A DNA stretch of 64,000 nucleotides from Euglena gracilis (taxonomy: Eukaryota), in NCBI GenBank assembly GCA_039621445.1, contig CP154954.1, positions 20,446,642 through 20,510,641 on the forward strand, in the 5' to 3' direction. Positions within the stretch are counted from its first letter, which is position 1, and each line of letters starts with the position of its first letter. The notes under the pieces were generated by a model that was given only the letters and a program-made list of their open reading frames with translations, had not been told where the DNA came from and searched no databases. Shown in pieces: positions 45,553 through 57,100 of this stretch. Position numbers and translations under genes: made by a program.

Positions 45553-47560
45553 CCCCCTGCTCACTGGGGGAAGTGAACTCCACAGGGGGGGGACAGGGTT
45601 GGATGGGAAGCTCCGCAGACATGAGGGAGGTGGTAGGGGGTCCCCACCACCCCCCCCCTCCTAGGGGGGGAGGTGGTAGGGGGTCGCTGAGCTCTTATCT
45701 CTTCAAAGTAAGAGCGAAGCTCACCCCTGGGGAAAAGGGGGGTCCAACCCCCCCTCCCCCCGCCCCCCTCGGGAACCGGCGGATTATCACCATGTTCCCG
45801 GCTCCGTTGGCGGATTTTTTTTTCAGTCGCGAGCGACTGGATTTCAAGTTTCCGAATCACCTCCGTTTGACCCCAAACTCCCCGCCAGGCCCGAGTTATT
45901 CAAGCGCGAAGGGGTCCAAACTGGGTAGGATTGGCCCGCCCGCCCCCTCTTCCGACTCTGCCATTTTGCCGGAGTCCAAAAAACGGTCAAAAAATCAATT
46001 TTTCGAAAATACCTCGAGAAAACGTACATTATTTCGGAAGTGTCCCACTGACAAAATGTACCCCTGGAGGCCCAACCCCCCCATTCACCGTTTTGGCCGC
46101 CGACACACCTGGCCCGTGTTCCGGTGCACTTTTGCGGCCCAAAACGGCCATTTTTGGGGCCGTTTTTGGGCCAAAAAAAAACGATTTTCCCAAAATATCT
46201 CGACAATGAAGCAAAATCAAAGAAAATGTCCGGAGAGCTAAAACGAAGCCCTTGGAATGCCCTATCCAACCATGGTTTACTTTCCCCCCAACTCTGCGTG
46301 TAGCCCGAGTTACGACCATTTTTCGGCCAATTTCTGGGGCCATTTTGGGCCGTTTTCGGGGTCAACAATTCGATGTTTCCAAAATATCTCGGAAATGAAG
46401 CAAAATCAAAGGAAATGCCCAAACTAAGCGAATACTCAAGCCCTTGAAACGCCCTGGCTAACGGTATTTTGATTTCCCCGCAACTCCCCGCCTAGCCCGA
46501 AATATGGCCGATTTACGGCCCAAAACAGTGCGACAGGTTTGCGCCTTAGCCATTTTCGGCCCTGTTTTGGGTCAAAAAAAAAATTAATTTTTCTGAAATT
46601 TCTCAAAAATGGTGGGGAATCAAAGGAAATGTCTGGAGACCTAAATTTAAGCCCTTGGAACGCCCCACCCAACAGTACCCTGATTTCCCCGCAATTCCCA
46701 GTCTTGCCCGAGTTACGGTCATCTTACGGCCAATTTTGGCCATTTTGTACAGTTTTTGGCTTGCTTTGACTTTGCCGTTTTCGGGCATTTTTGGGTCAAA
46801 AAGTCGAAAAAAAAAATCGAAAAAAATTACCCAAAACCAATGTTTTCGGGCCTCCCGTACTCAGTAAAACTTTTTTTGAGCCTAAAATGAGCGTTTTTTT
46901 GACCCGCCAGCGCCCCGTTTTGGGCCCGAAACCAATGGATTTCGGGTCAAAAACAGGTCGAAAAAATCGAAAAAAAATCAAAAAAATTGGCCCAAAACTA
47001 TGTTTTTTGGCCTCCCGGACCCAGAAAAACTGTTTTTGAGCCGAAAATGAGCGTTTTTCGACCCGCCAGCGCCCTGTTTTTGGCCCTAAACCAATGGTGT
47101 TTGGGTCAAAAACTGGTTTTATTTATTATTTATTATTCATTTCTTATTTATTATTTTTTTCTTCGAAAAATTGAAGGAAAAAATAAATGTAAATCTGCGA
47201 AATTTGCAGTCCTAGTCTTTTCTAACGTCCATTATTGCGCAGCTCCTATTAAGAGCTCAGCACTGTTCAAAACCTGGTCCCCCACCCCCACCCCCTAGTT
47301 TCGGAAGGGGGTCCCCCCACCCCCATTGGAGAGTGAGCCATTTGTGCCCCAGGGCACCTCAAACACATCGAACCACCTTTAGGACGGGGGATATGGGGGT
47401 CAGTACAAACTTGCCAGACAGCCATACAGGGCCAAATTGCCAAAGCTTTCCTTTTGACTTTGGGTTTCCTTTTCCTTTGGATTTTGGGGGGTTTCAAATC
47501 CGGGTCACGGGGTGGTCACGGGGGGTCACGGGGGGGGTCATGGGGGGTCACCCATTGCGA

Positions 47561-47585
47561 ACACTTTCTGAGTCTATTTTTTTCG
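47561..47585 (+). other. SL exon-like sequence followed by GTAT
   Basis: ACACTTTCTGAGTCTATTTTTTTCG|GTATT is the Euglena SL with small deletions, embedded in a GTCACGGGG-type repeat. Confidence 0.7.
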
Positions 47586-50500
47586 GTATTTTTTTGTTCC
47601 ATCCATGTGGACAAGGAAGCCAACAGCGTCACGGGGGGGTCATGGGGACGACACCCCCATTTAAGCACATACCCCCCCTGAATGACCCCCCTCTTGTCCT
47701 GGCTAGGACCCTGGAGGGTTTTTTTGGCCCATGAGAATTTTAATAAACATAGAGGGATAGTAGAGGTAGAGGTGACATCTACCTCTACCTCATTGCAGCT
47801 GCATGGGGGGATCTACAGAAATGTATGTATGATGCCTCCCAAAAAACTGCTTTCTGATGTGTCTCGGGGGAGCTTGTTTGTGGGGGTTTTTCCGTGCGTC
47901 CCCCTCCCAGGGGGAGAATGTCATTCATGTGGGGTCCAAGTTTTAAAGGAAATGCATTGGACCGCCCACGGGTGGCTGAAAAAATTTCTGATCCGGGAGG
48001 GGGTCGTATCCGCATGAAGTGCTGGGGAGATTTTTAGCCTTTTCGGGATTTTATTTTCTGTCGTTATGGGTTGGCAAGACCCCCCTACGGCACGACCGCC
48101 CTCCTGGAAAGTTCTCATCAGCCGCGTTGACCCTCCCCATTTGCCACCCCCCACTTGGCGAAATGAACATCTCAAAAATATTTTGCCTTTTTTTGATATA
48201 ATTTTCATCCCTTTCCCGTATTTTTGTCAGGGTTGGATAGAGGCAGAGGGATAATAGATGCAAACCCTGGGGGGGGGGGATAATCAGGTCCGCCACCAAG
48301 CTGTTCCAGCTGAGGAAGGGGGGCGACTTCCACCATATGGCGCCAAGAGCCAAGAATCACATCACATCTTCTCTCCCCAAAATTTAGGGGGAAGAATAAT
48401 CAACCAATCTTTCCAATTCTGGGCCAAAAATGGGGGGATATTCGACCAGGGAAAACGTATGGTGATGTGCAGCAAGGTTCCCCAAACTTCCACAAAAAAT
48501 ATGCAACAAATGAGCATACTATTGCGCCGAAGGGCAATGGACCCGCAGGTGGTTGACCAGCTGAGGACATATTGCAAAATAGAAATCTGTGAGGGGGCAA
48601 AAAAATATCCCATGTGCATTGCCCATGTTTTGAAAGAAAAAAAATGCTTTTAGTGTTGGGGGTGACAACAAAAGACAAACTTGGTGGTTTTTTTCAAAAA
48701 ATTATTTGAAAAAAAATACAAAAAAATAATAATAAAAATGGAAGTTTCATTGAAAAACTCGCTACAAAACACCGAAATCAAACTTCGAATCCAACTGACT
48801 TCAAAACTGCCACATCCATCATTTTTTTTTGTGGAAGGAAGTTTTTGGCAGAAATGACCCAGAAGATGCCAAAGATGATTGAAATGTGCATTCAAAATTT
48901 GTGCAAAATTGAAGGGAAAAAAACAAGCATCCAAACAAACAATGTTAATTATATTATTTTTTATGTTTATTTAATGGACCATTCATCATGGGGGAGCACA
49001 CGGCTGGCCGATGGCCAACAGACGGAAGCTAGGTGAGGTTGATGAGCTGATGTTGATTAGCTAATGCCTAATTTGGCGTTCGAGTTCCAAATTTTGAGTG
49101 GTAAATTCCTAATTTAGTATAAATTGGGTGGCAAATGCCTAATTTCATGTACAAATTCCTATTTTTGAGTGGCAAATGCCCAGTTTGGTGCAATTCCATG
49201 CGCGAGTTCGTTTTTGAGTGGCAAATGCCCAGTTTGGTGCAATTCCATGCGCGAGTTCGTTGCAGACACCTAATATTTTGATTGGTTAATGCCCAATTTT
49301 GTTCCTAATTCTGAGTGGGAAGTGCAAATGTGCAAACTGCTAATTTCAAGTGCAACTATTTTGGTGTCCTAACTCCAATGTTGGTACCCAACTGTACAAA
49401 ACCCTCCATTTTCTTATTTTGCTTTCAAATTTTATACTGGAGGACCACTTTGGGCAATTTTGGTCATTTTATGCTTTTGACGTCAAAATTGAGCCATCTT
49501 CAACCATTATGGTCCGTTTTGAGGCCATTTTACCCGTTCATGGCGGGACAGCAGTTGTACATTGTGTGCCTTCTCTGACAACTGCACTTTTTGGGGTGGA
49601 AAATCGCTCAACATTACCATTAAATGACCAAAAATTGGCCAAAAAAAATCCAAAGTTGGCAACATGGACAAAAAATGGCTTGGAAATACCCAAGAATGGC
49701 CGAAAAAGGCCAAACATATGGACACCACCAACGATGTATATGAACTTCATGGAGGCTAGGTAGTCCATTTCGGGACTCTGGACCCCCTCCCCCCTCCCCC
49801 TTGTTCAGTTCACTTCGGAAATGAACAGGGGGGGGGGGGGTCCCGAGACTACCTCATTTCTGGAGGGAAAAAAAAACTGAAAACCGGAACGACAGCCGCA
49901 CACCGATCAAGGTACTTTTTAAAAAAAAATTGGCGCCTTCGGCGCCGGACCCCCCCCCCCCCCTCCATTTCCAGTTCAGTTCGGAAGTGAACGGGGGGGG
50001 GGGGTCCCAGCTCCCCCCCTTCACCACGTTATCTGGGACACAAATGGATAATGTTATCTGGTTTTGACGATTCAGAGATCGTTCTGGTTGATGAACGTGC
50101 AATATTGTTCACCCAAAAGGCCTGTTTCAGACCTTTCTGTTTTGTAAAATCCAACAAAAGAAAATTTCTGTTTTCTAGGGTTTCTTATTCTAAAAGATGT
50201 GGTCCGGGTGGGGTTCAGCCCGCCAAGAGGCGGTGTTAATACAACCAATTTACCTTTAAAATATTTATGCATCTGCACCTCACAACCCAACAGCAAATAA
50301 AGAGTTCGTAGACGTCTGGTCTGCTCCTTGAAGTCTTTTCCATCCACCCAGAAAAAGGTCACCAGTCTCACGCAGAAGTGTCCACCGGGGCCCAACGAAA
50401 ATGTCTATGGGGTTCTAAATTTTTCGTCCATTGGTGACCAATAATTGTGTCCGGGGGAGGGGGGTTCTTGGGAACGAGGGACAACAAAATTTGTCCAGAA

Positions 50501-51710
50501 GGGATCTTCATTTTGTCCGAAATTCCCTACTCAGGTGTCCGCTGAAAAGTCAACATGTCCAATTCAGATCGGGGGTCCCAGCCCCACCCCCCTGTGTACC
50601 TGGCTCCCTCTTGCATGGGCTGCGGTCCGATACTCCCAGGTATTCTAATTTGTCCCGACACAATTTGTCAGATTTCTTGTCTTTTTGGACATTTAGTGAG
50701 GTGTGGCAAATTTTGTAAAGCAAAACATGGTTCGGAGCGGTGCAGGAGGATCACTCTGAACTAAAATCCGGGGCCTTGGAATGTGTATACGGATGTGCTA
50801 GGGGTGTGCACAGAGCTTTTTGGGAGGTATTTGGTTGGATAGAAGAATGGGCAAAACCATTCTTCACCATTTGGTATGGCTTCGAAAGAAATTTTTTTTT
50901 GAGAAACAAAATAATTTCAACATAATCGCAATCTCCGTTTTTCGGAAAGCATTTGAGGTCAGAGGTTTGAGAAAAGGAAAGGTGCATTTCCAATGTTTTC
51001 AATTCGCGTATTTTTTTAAAAAAGGATTTAGGCAGCTTTTTTTCACCAAACTTACAACAAGGCAATTTGGAACCACCCAGGAGAGAGCAGGACAAAATAT
51101 TTGTCCTTCCTTTTGTTGCAGTTCTTCTTGTCAGGTTCAATGGGGAGAAAAACGGCCCGGTGCTCTCGCTGGTCATATGCTGGAGATGTGGCACCAAGAT
51201 GTGGCACCAAACTCGCAACTGATTGGTGCAGGTCACGGGGAGGGGGGGTCGGTCACGGGGGGGTCACGGGGGGGGGGGGGGCGGGACACGGGGGGAACAC
51301 CACATTTTTAGTGGCAAAATTAGGAATCACCGAGCCGGAATTTTTGGGAAAAATTCCACAAATTAGGAATCCCCACACCTGAAATTAGGATTTTGACACC
51401 AAATTAGGAATTACCAAGCCCAAATTCGAAAAATTTACGCCTTAAAATTAGGAATCTGCCTGAGAATTTTCTTGAATTAGGCATCACCGGCCAAAAAAAT
51501 TTCCCTACAAAATTTCGCCAAAAAAGATCCTTGTTCGGGTCAACGGGGGGTCACGGGGAGGGGTCACGGGTCATGGGGGGAACACCCCCATTGGGGGGAC
51601 GGGAATAGCTCACTGTCAGGCCACCTCCCCCCCCCCAATTGACTATGGGACCTCTCCACGGGACCCTCCTTTTGGTCAATTTGGGGGGGGGGGTTCAATT
51701 AGGGGGGGTG

Positions 51711-52595
51711 CAGGGATCCTCACACGTCCGTGCTGGCCGAGGCCAAAATGTATCCGTGATTTTCCGTGATTTTCCGTGATTTTCTGTGATTTTCCATGAA
51801 TTTCCTGTTTCCGGAAAAGGTCAAAAGTCACATTCCATTCTGCACCGGAGCCATATTTGGGCAGTTGTGGCAGCAGATTGTTTCTCCATATTATAGTCCT
51901 GGAGATCCTCCAGGGCCTCGACAACAGCTGAAGCCAATTCCAAGTGCTCAACCCCCAAGTTAGGCCTTTTGCAATCCAACTGAACGCATGCTACAACGTA
52001 CATCTTCCCTTGCATACCCAACAAAATGTTTATGGTCGCATGCCCAGAACTGTGAGTCCATCCATCAATTCCTAAAAGTGAAAATGAAAAGGGTACAGGA
52101 GGGAAAAAACAACCTTTTGTCCTTGAATTTTTTTATTGATTGCCCCTAAATGGGTTGCCAAAACCCTGTCAGCGGACCAATATAGCGATTGACCCTTCTG
52201 GATGCAGCCTGGGCAGAAAGGTGGAAAATCATTTTCTGAATAAGCAAAAACCCACCCGTCCTCAATTTGTGTGTATTTTTGGAGAACACCTCTGTTGCTT
52301 TTGTGGTCCAATTTTGTGACCGGGAGACCAGAATGGAGGAAAGCGTGTGATTGTCTGAATGAGGTTTTGCTAGATCTGTTTGGAAAGGCAGAGAATGTGC
52401 AAAACATCCCATCAAAATGCATCTGCACAAACAAAGCACATTCAAAAAAGACCCAAAAATTTTTTCCGAACCCTCCGCCGCATCCGTGAATTTCCGTGAT
52501 TTTGCGTGATTTCCGTGAAAATGGCCTTCTGCCCATTTCCGTGATCCTCCGTGAATTTCCGTGAATTTCCTTTTCAGGACGTGTGAGGATCCCTG
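51711..52595 (-). mobile_element. Internally deleted hAT-like element with possible BED-finger transposase remnant
   Basis: 19-bp TIR cagggatcctcacacgtcc, near-TSD ggggggtg/gggggtgc and TTTCCGTGA subterminal repeats. Internal minus-strand GWVF...FCPGC...LATHL. Confidence 0.75.
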
Positions 52596-52686
52596 GGGGG
52601 TGCCGTCAATTAGGGGGAGGTGCCGTCGATTAGGGGGGGGGGGTACCGTCAATTAGGGGGGTACCTTCAATTGGGGGAAGCAATGT

Positions 52687-52747
52687 CCTAACCTTAACCC
52701 TAACCCTAACCCTAACCCAAGCCCTAACCCTAACCCTAACCCTAACC
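52687..52747. repeat. Interstitial telomere-type repeat (CCCTAA)~10
   Basis: Direct reading, with two variant units. Confidence 0.85.
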
Positions 52748-54135
52748 GGCATTCTGCAAGCCCGGCAGCCTTGCGCGAGGAATAAAAGATAGAGCCATTT
52801 GCTTCATCTTTGGTGCCATGGCTGTGAAGCATGCAGGTTGGATGCCCCCGGGCAGTCAATTAGGGGGGGGGGGTTTCCCCGGGGTGTTTGGTCAAATAGG
52901 GGGGGGAGGGTTCAATTAGGGGGGGGGTAGCACTTTTTATAAAGAACTTCCAAAAAAAAAGTGCTCAAAAATTGACGTTTTTGGGACGTTTTCAAAAATC
53001 ACTTTTTGGCAAATGTGATTAAAATTGACCATTTTTTGCGAACATCCAAAAAAGTTGCCAAAAATGACCCCTTTTGGGTTGCCCGAGGGTCGGGTATGGG
53101 AATAGCTCGGGGGGGGGGGACCTAGGTCCCCCCCCCCCCGAGTTGTTGTTCCCTCCCCCCCATACCGTTCCCATTCGGCCGTAAAGGGTCCCGGGGACGG
53201 GAATAGCTCGGGAGGGGGAGGGGGGGGATTGGTATTCACGGGGCCCCGCGCCCCCCCCCAAGTGGAGGTTAAGCAGTACGGGGGGGGGGGGGGGTTGCTC
53301 CTTTTCCTCTCAAAATGGTCATTTTGAGGTTGAATGGTTCGTGGAATTTTATCAAAATTTCCGAAAAAATGTCATTTTTGGCCATTTTTGGCCAAAAAAA
53401 AGTGCCCTTGTGGTGACCTTCACCGGTGAAATTCACTGTTGGTTAGGCAGAGGGGGACACCGGAGGGGCAGACGGCAATCCCGGATGGTGGTGAACCTGG
53501 ACCGGTTAAAAAGTAGACCAGAATTACAGGAGGCAATGCAAGTGGTGGCACACTGAACTGACACGTAGCGAGCAAGTTTCAGCGCAAAAACATATGATCA
53601 CAAATCCGTTGTCAGCATGGTCAAAAAGCCAACAACTGCACAAGGGCGTCGTGGTGGACACCCTACCACCTCCCAGGCGGGAATACACCTTTGTGACCTC
53701 AGTGAATCTTTTGTGAACAAAACTACAAACAAAGAAAGAGTGCCCCCACCTGTGCCAACAAACTGGCCCCAAAATCTTTTGCCATAAATGCCCTTAATAC
53801 TATGACACAAACTGGCCCCAAAATGCGGCACCAAACTGGCCCAAGACATGACACCGATTCCGAACTGAACTGGAAATGTTGACTTCCCAGAGTGGGGGGG
53901 AAGGGGGGGTCCGGCACCCAAGGCGCCAAAAATTTGCTGAAAAAAAATGCCTTGATCAGTGTGCGCCCGTCGTTCCGTTTTTCGTTTTTTTCCCGATGGG
54001 GATCTCGGGACCCCACTGTTCACTTCCGAAGTGAACTGAACAAGAGGGGGGGGGGAGGAGGGTTCCGGGGATTGTGGGGAAGCCCGTGAATTTGGGTAAC
54101 GGTTTTAACCCAGAATCGGGGGTCAGTCACGATTC

Positions 54136-57100
54136 CCGGCGTGGAAGCGGGGGGCAACTTCGGTGCCCCCCGTTTCCACGCCAGGGCCCCAAGATGTGGT
54201 ACCAAAATGGCCCCAAGATGTGGCACCAAACTGGCCCCAAGACTGGCTCAGTGGTTTGGCAGAATTCCGAAAGGTTTTGGCCATTGCGACCACCAGTGGA
54301 TTGCATATGCAGGCTGTTATTGCAACCTTTCTTCGCTTCATGTTCCATATGTGTTTTGCTTTCTCTTTCAAGCATTCCCTGACAAAAAAAATTTGTCAGC
54401 CAAGGTTCCAAAGGTTTGGAACTTAGGCCCCCCTGGTCACCATTGGCAAGGCTTGTCCCTCATATGGGAAAAGGAAATCTCAAAGCAATTAGTTTGGAGC
54501 TTCTTAACTAACCTCTGCGGTGGGTGACACTCTCCGCCGCCTTGTGGGCAAAGCCGTTTTAGCAACTGGGGTTGGCCCAATTCTCTCCCGCCCAGGTGGG
54601 CGTGGGTGTTTCCAGAGCAGCCGAAACGGTTGGAATAGGCTTGCAACAACTCATTCGGAAACTGGACCCACAAACTTGGCAATTCTACAACTGGATTTCC
54701 GGAACGCGTTTAATTGCATCGACCAAACGCTGCTATTAACTGCACAGAGCAGTCCCGTCATTATACAATTATTTGCATTTCGCGTACAGCTCTCCGAGCC
54801 CATTATTCTGTGACGGCCAAACACAACAAGGTTGCCCACTGGGACCGGTGAGCTTTGCGATGGGTCTGGAGCCAATTGTGGAAACCATACACCGCTCTGC
54901 GGAGCTTTTATGGTCTGTTTGGTACCTTGACGATGGCCTTCTGGTGGGAGACCCGGAAAGAATTCAGCGGTGCCTACAATTCATCAAAGGCGAATCCGAG
55001 CGTGTTGGCATTCAGCTCAATTTGGGAGGAGACCAGCTGCCACCCAGGCGGGCTGCCACGGGGACCTAAAGGTCATTCCCTGAGAACCAAATTTCAGAAT
55101 AACAGTCTTGGGGGCCCCAATTGACTTCCCAACAACACAAGCACACAATGCAGACTCCTGGTCAGAGGCAACCAACAAAATTGAACAGATGGCCGAAACA
55201 GTCACACAGTTGGCTGACCCACAACTGGCGCACCACTTAATACATTTTTGACTAGACAAGGTTCCCGGGCTGTTTTTAAACAAGTTGTTTAAAACAGATT
55301 TTTTTCCTATTTGTAGTGTTTTATTTTTAAAAAACACCCTTTTTTAAAACAAAAACCGTTTTTAAACCGTTTTTTTATTCATGAAAAAACAATAAATTTT
55401 TTTGCTTTGTTTTAAAGCAAAAAAAAAACGGGAACCTTGTGCCTAGACGGCTGCCGCGTAAACCACCTGCTGAGGAATTCGGATTCGTACGGCTGTCAAG
55501 ACAGCATTGCTGCGTGCTCTGAGGTCATACTGCAGGCGTTTCAAGACGTTGTTGGTAACAGCCTGTCTGCAGAACAAAGGATGCAAGCTTCACTGCCACT
55601 ATCAAAAAGGGGCTGCGGTCTGCAGATTCCTGCTTTGACGCAAATCGCAGCATGCATGGCTGCCCTATGCTCCTTCTTCACAAACGGCCACAGGTTGGTT
55701 GCCCCGGCGTATGCGACAACACCTGACAGAGAGACTACACTCCCCGTCACCACGGCTCGGCCCCAAGGGCGCCCCACACCACACGGCGCTCGGAGGTTTG
55801 GCACGTCTGACGAGGACCCTCGGCCACCAGGGGGGGGGGGGTCCCCATTTTGCTGTGGCGAGGGGGTTAGTCCCCCAGGCGGGGTCCACCGTGGCGGACA
55901 GCCCGAATTTCCCAAAGGAATATTCATTGGTATGGTTCAGCATGCCGTGCCGAGGAGGTCGGCTGACCAGGGGGGGTCCCCATTTTGCCGTGCCGAGGGG
56001 GTCCGACCACCAGGGGGGGGGGTGGCTGCCGAACCTCCCTCCTGACCGTTGCTCCTTCCGACCCCTCACCGTGGCTGGGGGGAGATGGGCTCGTCAAGGC
56101 CGAGGATTACACCCGTGCGGAGCTGGCACCCATCCTCCTCATGCCGTGTCACCCTCAGGATTTGGGGCTCACCACTTTTCATGGATCGCCTTTTTCCCGA
56201 GGCCATGCTCACCCCAAGGAGCTTTGTCTGCTTCCACGGGGGCTTACATGGGCGTGACTGTACATTGAGCCACCATGCGCAGGTGCCTCCACGGCGACCT
56301 CCCTGTGTTTAGGTGACTGACTGTATGTGTGTACTGTACAAAGTAAAACGTCCGTGAGGTAAGATGCGGCAGGGAAGGAGTGAGGGCAAAACCCCGCAAC
56401 GGTGGTTCTTGCCGCGGTAAGTGTCTCCATCTCTCTGTTGTCGCTTCTCGTTTTGCCGCGTGCTGCTCCCCGCGGCTGGTGCTGATGTCATCGACTTGTT
56501 TGCTCGCCTGGCGTTCTGGTTCGCTTATCTTCTTTCTTCTGGCCTTTTGCTTTTACCGTGTGGCGTGCTTTGGTCGTAGCAGCTGCCAAACTTGACTCAC
56601 CTCAATGCCAAACTTTTAAGGAAAGTGGCTTATAAAGAAAATTTCTGCCGAGTGAAGGCAATTTTATGCAAAAAATCAGAAATTGGCCATTCTTGTCACG
56701 AATCTCTTTTGGCAGTTTTTGAAACCACCCATCCGGATAGTTTTTCTCATTCGTAACCTAAACAAGAGGCGTTGAGATGCTAATTTGCCAAATTTGAGGC
56801 ATTTGGAGCCTTTTGTGTCCCTCATTGGTGCCAGTTTATGACATTTTATGGACATAGAGGTGACATAGAGGTAGAGGTGGAGGTGGAGGTGGGTCAGATA
56901 GAGGTAGAGGACTTTGACCTCTACCTCTACCTGACTCAGCACGCACCGAGCACACACGGCACGCACCGCTGTACATGTTGTACATAGAACGCCCCACGGA
57001 GTCCCTCAAGGACAACAATCGACAAATTTTGCACAGGGGAAAAAATTGGGGGTAGGGGTCCTTGAGCCCCCCCCCCCCTAATTGAATTGGCTGATTGGGG

